Shown here one piece after another: positions 56,915 through 64,000 of a DNA stretch of 64,000 bases. The stretch lies in the NCBI RefSeq assembly GCF_009914755.1, contig NC_060934.1; one strand, written 5' to 3'. The first letter of the stretch is position 1, and each line of letters opens with the position of its first letter. Under the pieces are notes generated by a model. That model made no database searches, was not told the origin of the DNA, and was given only the letters and a program-made list of their open reading frames with translations. The position numbers and the translations under genes are program-made. This DNA comes from the human T2T-CHM13v2.0 reference genome, Homo sapiens.

Positions 56915-58266
56915 GAAAATTTAAACCTGAGCATTTTGCTGCTGGAGATAACCTGACCCCATGGAAATGATATTCCATAAGAGAATTCCAGAACAGCTAT
57001 CTCCACATGTTTTGTTTGAACACATCAAGCAAGGGGGGGAAATTAGGCACCCCCAATACATGATGGTTTATTAGATATAAGTTGTGGAAAGGCAGTACAG
57101 TACTTACATACTAACTTTAGAAAATATACACAAAATAGAAACTAAAATCGGAGCAAAGAATAATCAGAAAGTATCTTCTTCCCACACCTCAGTGAATCAC
57201 CAATTACCCCCCTAGGGTGTGGGTGCAGGTAAGTCACCATGGAGACTGTTGCTCTAAACTGAGGATTCCTGGGATATCCTTAATATTTAACACCAGGCAT
57301 GGCAGATGGTTGATTCTGAATTAATTTTTTAATGAATAAATAAATAAATTTTTGAATATGTTTACTGAGTAACTACAAATGCTAGGTGTAGTTCTAGACA
57401 TTAGGGGTTTAAAATTGAATAAAAAAGAAAAATCCCTGTACCTTGTGAAGCTTACAATTCAATATGGAACACAGAGAAATTAAAAATAAACATGTCAGGT
57501 GATGCTCATAACATTTCTTGAAAGCTGTGTGAGGAAAAATATATAAAATACAAGGCATTTAGCTCCATCAGAAAAAAAAACCCATTGTTCCCCGGTGTCA
57601 ATCAATGGCTGGTTTCCATCTATTAAGTGTGAGATTGATGTCATATAGGGCCACAAGGCTGTGCTCTTGTTGGTGTCCTGCTCATCAATTGTCAACAACT
57701 TGGGTGAAAATACATGTTGTGTGCCTAGAAAATTCATACATGACACAAATTCAGGAAAAATAATGAAAAGATAAGAGAAAGACAGTGTTATCTCTGAAAG
57801 CAATTTACTTGCCTAAGGGCATAGAGCTAATAAAAGATACAATCAGACTGGAACCTAGGCATTCTAATTTCTCTAGGGCTCTATACACCACCTGTAAAAA
57901 AGAGTAGAGATAATAGTACCGAATAATACGATTGTTGTGAAAGGTAAAAGACGAAATACGTGTAGCTACTACTACTGTCAAGAGTATGAATCAAGGAATC
58001 CTTTAGGGACAGAAAGTCTGTTAGAGATTAACTAGTTCAAATACCTCCTGTTACAATTAAGAAAGCCCAGGCTTCCAGAGAGCAAATACCATGTCCAAAG
58101 TCATACCACTCAGAGTGTATCAAGGTTGGAATTACTAACCCAGGTCCTTAACTCATGTCAATAATTCTTTTCATAGAAAAAAAAATTACCCCTTAGTGTC
58201 TGAGGCAAGACAGTGTTAACTAGGAAGATAATGTGTGTGTCTTACACACTAAAAAGATAAGGAGAA

Positions 58267-58565
<299 letters not shown>

Positions 58566-59146
58566 ATATATATAGAGAGAGAGAGTGAGAGAGAGAGAGA
58601 ATGGAAAATCCTGACATTTCAACATCCTGCAAGCGTTAAGTGTATTGGCATACATGAGCCTAGACATATATGAGGGGTCCCATGTCCCAGAGATTGGAAA
58701 CAGACTAGATATTAATTTCTTCAGCTTAGACCTTAAATAGCAGGGTTTCTAAGTTTGAAGGTGGCTTTTTTGCAGTCACTTGCAAAATGACTAATACATT
58801 CTCTCCCTTCTCAGAAAACACAGTGTCAGTTTTTACACGGACAGCTCAGTGCCTGGCCTGTAGGTAAGGCTGGTTTAGCTATCCTTGTAGTCGCTTTTCC
58901 ATACTTCGTCAGATTATTATGACACAAAGTCTTCTCTTGCTTTATGGTTGGGTATTGGTACTTCTGCAAAAATACACTAAGAGGCTATTGCCCTCAAATA
59001 CTTCAACTGAGAAGGAAAAGAGATCCAGTCAGTAAAGCTTGGAAGGGAGTAAGAATAGAATTGGGTTAGATATAGGAGGAAATTAGATTGATCTTCATTG
59101 GAGAGGCAATTCCTGGGGTGCGAAATGGCAACTGCTCTCCTTAGCA

Positions 59147-59813
<667 letters not shown>

Positions 59814-60374
59814 TACTTTGTTTGTTGATGAAAAATTTCTGGAGTTCTGAGTATAAGGTGTGAAGGGATTTGAAACTGGGCAAAGACAGGGAAGCTATTT
59901 TGTGAAAATAATTTAAAGGCTGTGCCAGTTTGCTTTTGAACTCATGTAAACCCCTTGGCCAAGGAAACTAGTGTGATGACAAAAAAAGAAAAACACACCT
60001 CTTAATTTATCTCATTTTGGGGTCTGTTTTTAAATCAGTAGTCCACTATGGATGTGAATTCCTAAAGTTGGTTTTGAAAATATCTCAATGTGACAAAGAA
60101 AAGAGAGAAGTGGAGGAGGGAAAGGGAAAGAGAGGGAGTAAAAGAGAACATGGGAAAGAGAGGATAGGAGAATGAGAAGGGCAAATGAAGGCATTGGAGA
60201 CAGAATGAGGATAGAAAGGGAGGAAAGAGAAGCCAGAGAGAGGAGACTTTCTTCGCTATGACTATTCCACAGGGGTCACCATGCCCTCCTGCTGCCTGGC
60301 TGCCACCAGTCCCACCACACCACCATCCATCTGGAAATATGTTTGACTGCTTTATTATTATCATTATTTGTATA

Positions 60375-60673
60375 TTTTATTTTATTGAGAAGGAGTCTCA
60401 TTCTGCCACCCAGGCTGGAGTGCAGAGCAATGGTGCGATCTCAGCTCACTGCAACCTCCGCCTCCCAGGTTCAAGTGATTCTCCTGCCTCAGCCTCCTGA
60501 GTAGCTGGAACTACAGGTGCATACCACCGTGCCTGGCTAATTTTTGTATGTTTAGTGGAGACGGGGTTTCACCATGTTGGTCAGGCTGGTCTCTAACTCC
60601 TGACCTCAAGTGATCCACCCACCTTGGCCTCCTAAAGTGCTGGGATTATAGGTGTGAGCCACCGCACCCGGCC
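60375..60673 (-). mobile_element. AluS
   Basis: Antisense dimer. Confidence 0.9.
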
Positions 60674-61011
60674 TGTATAATTTATTTAAATAGCATGCTT
60701 TAAAAATAACACCGCTGTGAAAAATCTGACTGCAAAAGGAGTATGTATTCATTGAAAATATAATACTAAGTATACAGAAGTAAAAAAAAGGAAACTAAAA
60801 CATTCTTACAATCCCTCCATCTAGAATTAACCACCTTTAATATTTTGCTGTTAATCCTTCAGTACTTTTTCAGTGTTCGTGTAGGCACTCCTTTTTCTTT
60901 TTAAGACTTTTGCATCATATCACGAACACAGCGTAACACACGATGTAATATTAGAACACACTGTTTTGCCAGCCGTACAATATTCTATAGTTGACTTAAC
61001 TAGTTTTCTGA

Positions 61012-61353
<342 letters not shown>

Positions 61354-62085
61354 ATCATGTTACTTTTAGACATGATGCTGCACTGATGATCTTTGTAGGT
61401 AAATATCTGTATGTGTCTCTAATCTCTCTAGTTTTTCAATAGGAACAACTGTTATAAGAGGAGATATTGTAGTCTTCCCTTACCCACAAAGTTTAAGTCC
61501 ATAAGGTATAAGAGTGCTTACAATGTTTAGAATATTTACCTTATGACTATACCATATTTTTCATGTATTTTTTAATTGGTGAATTTAGAACCTTCATTCT
61601 TTGTTTTGGGAATTAAAATGACTTAAACACAGAGGTTAGTAGCCTGCTTACAGGTCTGTTTTGTTTTTGGGAGCAGCCAGGCTTGCTTTTTTCCTTGGTT
61701 AAGACAGAGGAGAGACAGGAAAAGGTAAAACAGAGTGTGAGTGTGAGTGTGTGCATGTGTGTGTATGTGTATAACATCTTCCTTTTGGAAAAGATGTGTG
61801 AGTTGCCCAACTGAACAAAGAGGAAAGCTCAGAACTACTGGGTGAGAACCCCACCTCCATGGTCAACCAAGAAAATCAGTCACAGAGAAAGTGCATTTGC
61901 TTCTGACGTCTCCATTCCAGGTCAGACTCTAAAATGCTCCTTAAAAAAAGACCAACAAAAAGTTTATTAGCCAAAAAGTCTTGCCCTTAATTAGTAGGTC
62001 AACAGGGATCCTCTTGACAATAGCTCAGAGCCAGGGCAGAGGGACACCTAAAGTGAGAAAGAGATATTAGTAAAGAAACAATAAG

Positions 62086-62400
62086 GGCCAGGTGCGGTGG
62101 TTCACACCTGTAATCCCAGCACTTTGGGAGGCCGGGCAGACCAAGAGGTCAGGAGATCAAGACCATCCTGGCTAACATGGTGAAACCCCATCTCTACTAA
62201 AAATACAAAAATTAGCTGGGCATGGTGGCAGGTGCCTGTAGTCCCAGCTACTCGGGAGGCTGAGGCAGGAGAATGGGTGAACCTGGGAGGTGGAGCTTGC
62301 AATAAGCGGAGATTGTGCCACCACACTCCAGCCTGGGCGACAGAGTGAGACAACGTCTAAAAAAAAAAAAAGAAAAGAAAAAGAAAAAGAAAAAAAGAAA
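62086..62400 (+). mobile_element. AluS/Y
   Basis: Dimer with A-tail. Confidence 0.88.
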
Positions 62401-62569
62401 CAACAAAACACAATCTAGAATTGAGCTTATTCACCTTCATTAGCACACTACAGTAATAATTGCTGTAGGCAAGATTGGCTATGAATACTATAGTAGGCAA
62501 AACGCATGTTCTCAACGTATCTCTCCAAAATCTTGATCAATTTTCTGGTTATATTAACATATGTTCACA

Positions 62570-63325
62570 CACTTTTTGATACTTATCCTGCCAGGAGTTA
62601 GAGCTTAATTCTCCTTCCTTTGAGTGTGGGCTGAACTTAGTTACTTGCTTCCAACAAACAGAGTATGGGACAAGAAAAAGAGTAACTTTTCAATGGAGAA
62701 ATCTGGGAGCTTCCAACAAATAGAGTACGGGACAAGAAAAAAAGTAACTTTGCAATGGAGAAACCTGGGAGACGCCCCCTTCACCAAGTGATCAAAGTTA
62801 ACATCATCAGTAATAAGACATATTGATATCTTGTACTCCTTGATATGAGGTGATGAGAAGGGTACATCATTTCTTTGATATTCTTCCCAACAATCTATAA
62901 CCCTGTAATCATGAGAAAATATCAGACTAACTAACCCAATTTGAGGGGCACTCTACAAAATACCTGACTAGTACTCTTCAAAACTGTCCAGGTCATCAGA
63001 GACAAGGAAAGACGGAGGAACTCCTATGGATTTGAAGAGACTAAAAAGACATGAAAAATAAATGCAATTTGGGATTCTGGATTGTACCCTGGGTCAGGAA
63101 AAAAAAAAGCGGGGGATATTAGTAGAAAATCTGGAGAAAACCAGACAGTCTCTATTTTAGTTCACTGTTTTTTACCAATGTTAATTTTTTATTGGTAAAC
63201 ATTGCACCATGGTAATGTAAGATGTTAACATTAGGTAAAGCTGGGTGAATAGGATATGGGAACTCTCTGTATTATCTTTGTAATTGTTCTGCAATTCTAA
63301 AATTATTTTTAAATAAAAGAGGAAA
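62570..63325 (+). mobile_element. L1MC-type 3' UTR
   Basis: ctacaaaatacctgactagtactcttcaaaactgtc...gatgttaacattagg...ctaaaattatt. Confidence 0.75.
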
Positions 63326-64000
63326 AAAATCCTATGCCCAAATCTTATTAAGGACATGAATTAGAGCAAAGCCACAATTTCCTACAAAGAGGAAAGTAAT
63401 CTATTCAGTAAGTCAGCCTCATCACATGGAATGGACTGGTTATACTGTCATTAAAGAAGGTAAACAACTGTATCACTTCAGCTGTCTTATATTTATGATT
63501 CAGGCATTTCGACAATCACAAAATAATTAAGCTACTTCATTTTTCAAAAAAGTGTTAAGGTTGTTTTAGTGGCTCTTATTTCTGGGATGTTTTTATTTTT
63601 GATTTATTCATAAGTAGAAAACAATGCTGACAGCCAGCGTTCTTATTTATTCTTGGGCTTCCCTGGTTACCACAGACAGAACCTGATAGCAGATGACAAC
63701 ATAAAGATGTTGGGTCCAGGAGCTGCTGAAATGTGAGGTCAAATGTGAGGCTTGTGCCTGATGTGGTTGTCTGCTATGTCTCTTTTGGATTCCTCTCTCT
63801 TAGGCATCTCGCTTTCCTTGACTACTCAATTACTCAGGAAGGCCAACTGATCATAGAAGGCAATGGAAGAGCTGGTTTGTTCCCTGGGATGGTGAAGCAG
63901 AAGCTATCCCAAGTGCATAAATATTCTAACAGGTTTCATCCTGTCACAATAGAGTCATAAAATTGCTCTGTTCAGCACATGATAATGGCTTTGTAATTCA

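Noticed and set aside
58836-58847. CACGGACAGCTC, REST/RE1-like
   Set aside because: Right half-site only; no TCAGCACC left half at canonical spacing.

Overview
Primate (almost certainly human) genomic DNA lying entirely inside SORCS1, a VPS10-domain sorting receptor gene transcribed on the minus strand. Five coding exons (47012-47076, 26166-26284, 23490-23579, 16181-16360, 5155-5301; 65/119/90/180/147 nt) have canonical AG/GT boundaries. They splice into one open frame: (W)SVMGSNKEPDLVHLEARTVDG-HSHYLTCRMQNC...YVFVQ-LTSGGRPHYYVSYRRNAFAQMKLPKYALPK-DMHVISTDENQ...IDLYE-VAGIKGMFLANKK...DPVHCLL. From recall these are probably exons 6-10; the numbering is unverified. The rest is intron: about 30 Alus, a FAM, L1/L2/MIR fragments, DNA transposons (MER2, MER5A, MER58A, Tigger4, MADE1) and two solo ERV1 LTRs (LTR12 and MER66-like), both sense to the gene. 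I found no support for a novel biological system. The best leads are regulatory or RNA-processing hypotheses: a sense LTR12 with six intact CCAAT boxes and a poly(A) signal, two same-orientation strong CTCF motifs bracketing two exons, inverted-Alu geometry favouring circRNA or editing, and an in-frame intronic read-through encoding a hydrophobic tail. Repeat subfamily names come from recognition only, and repeat edges are approximate.
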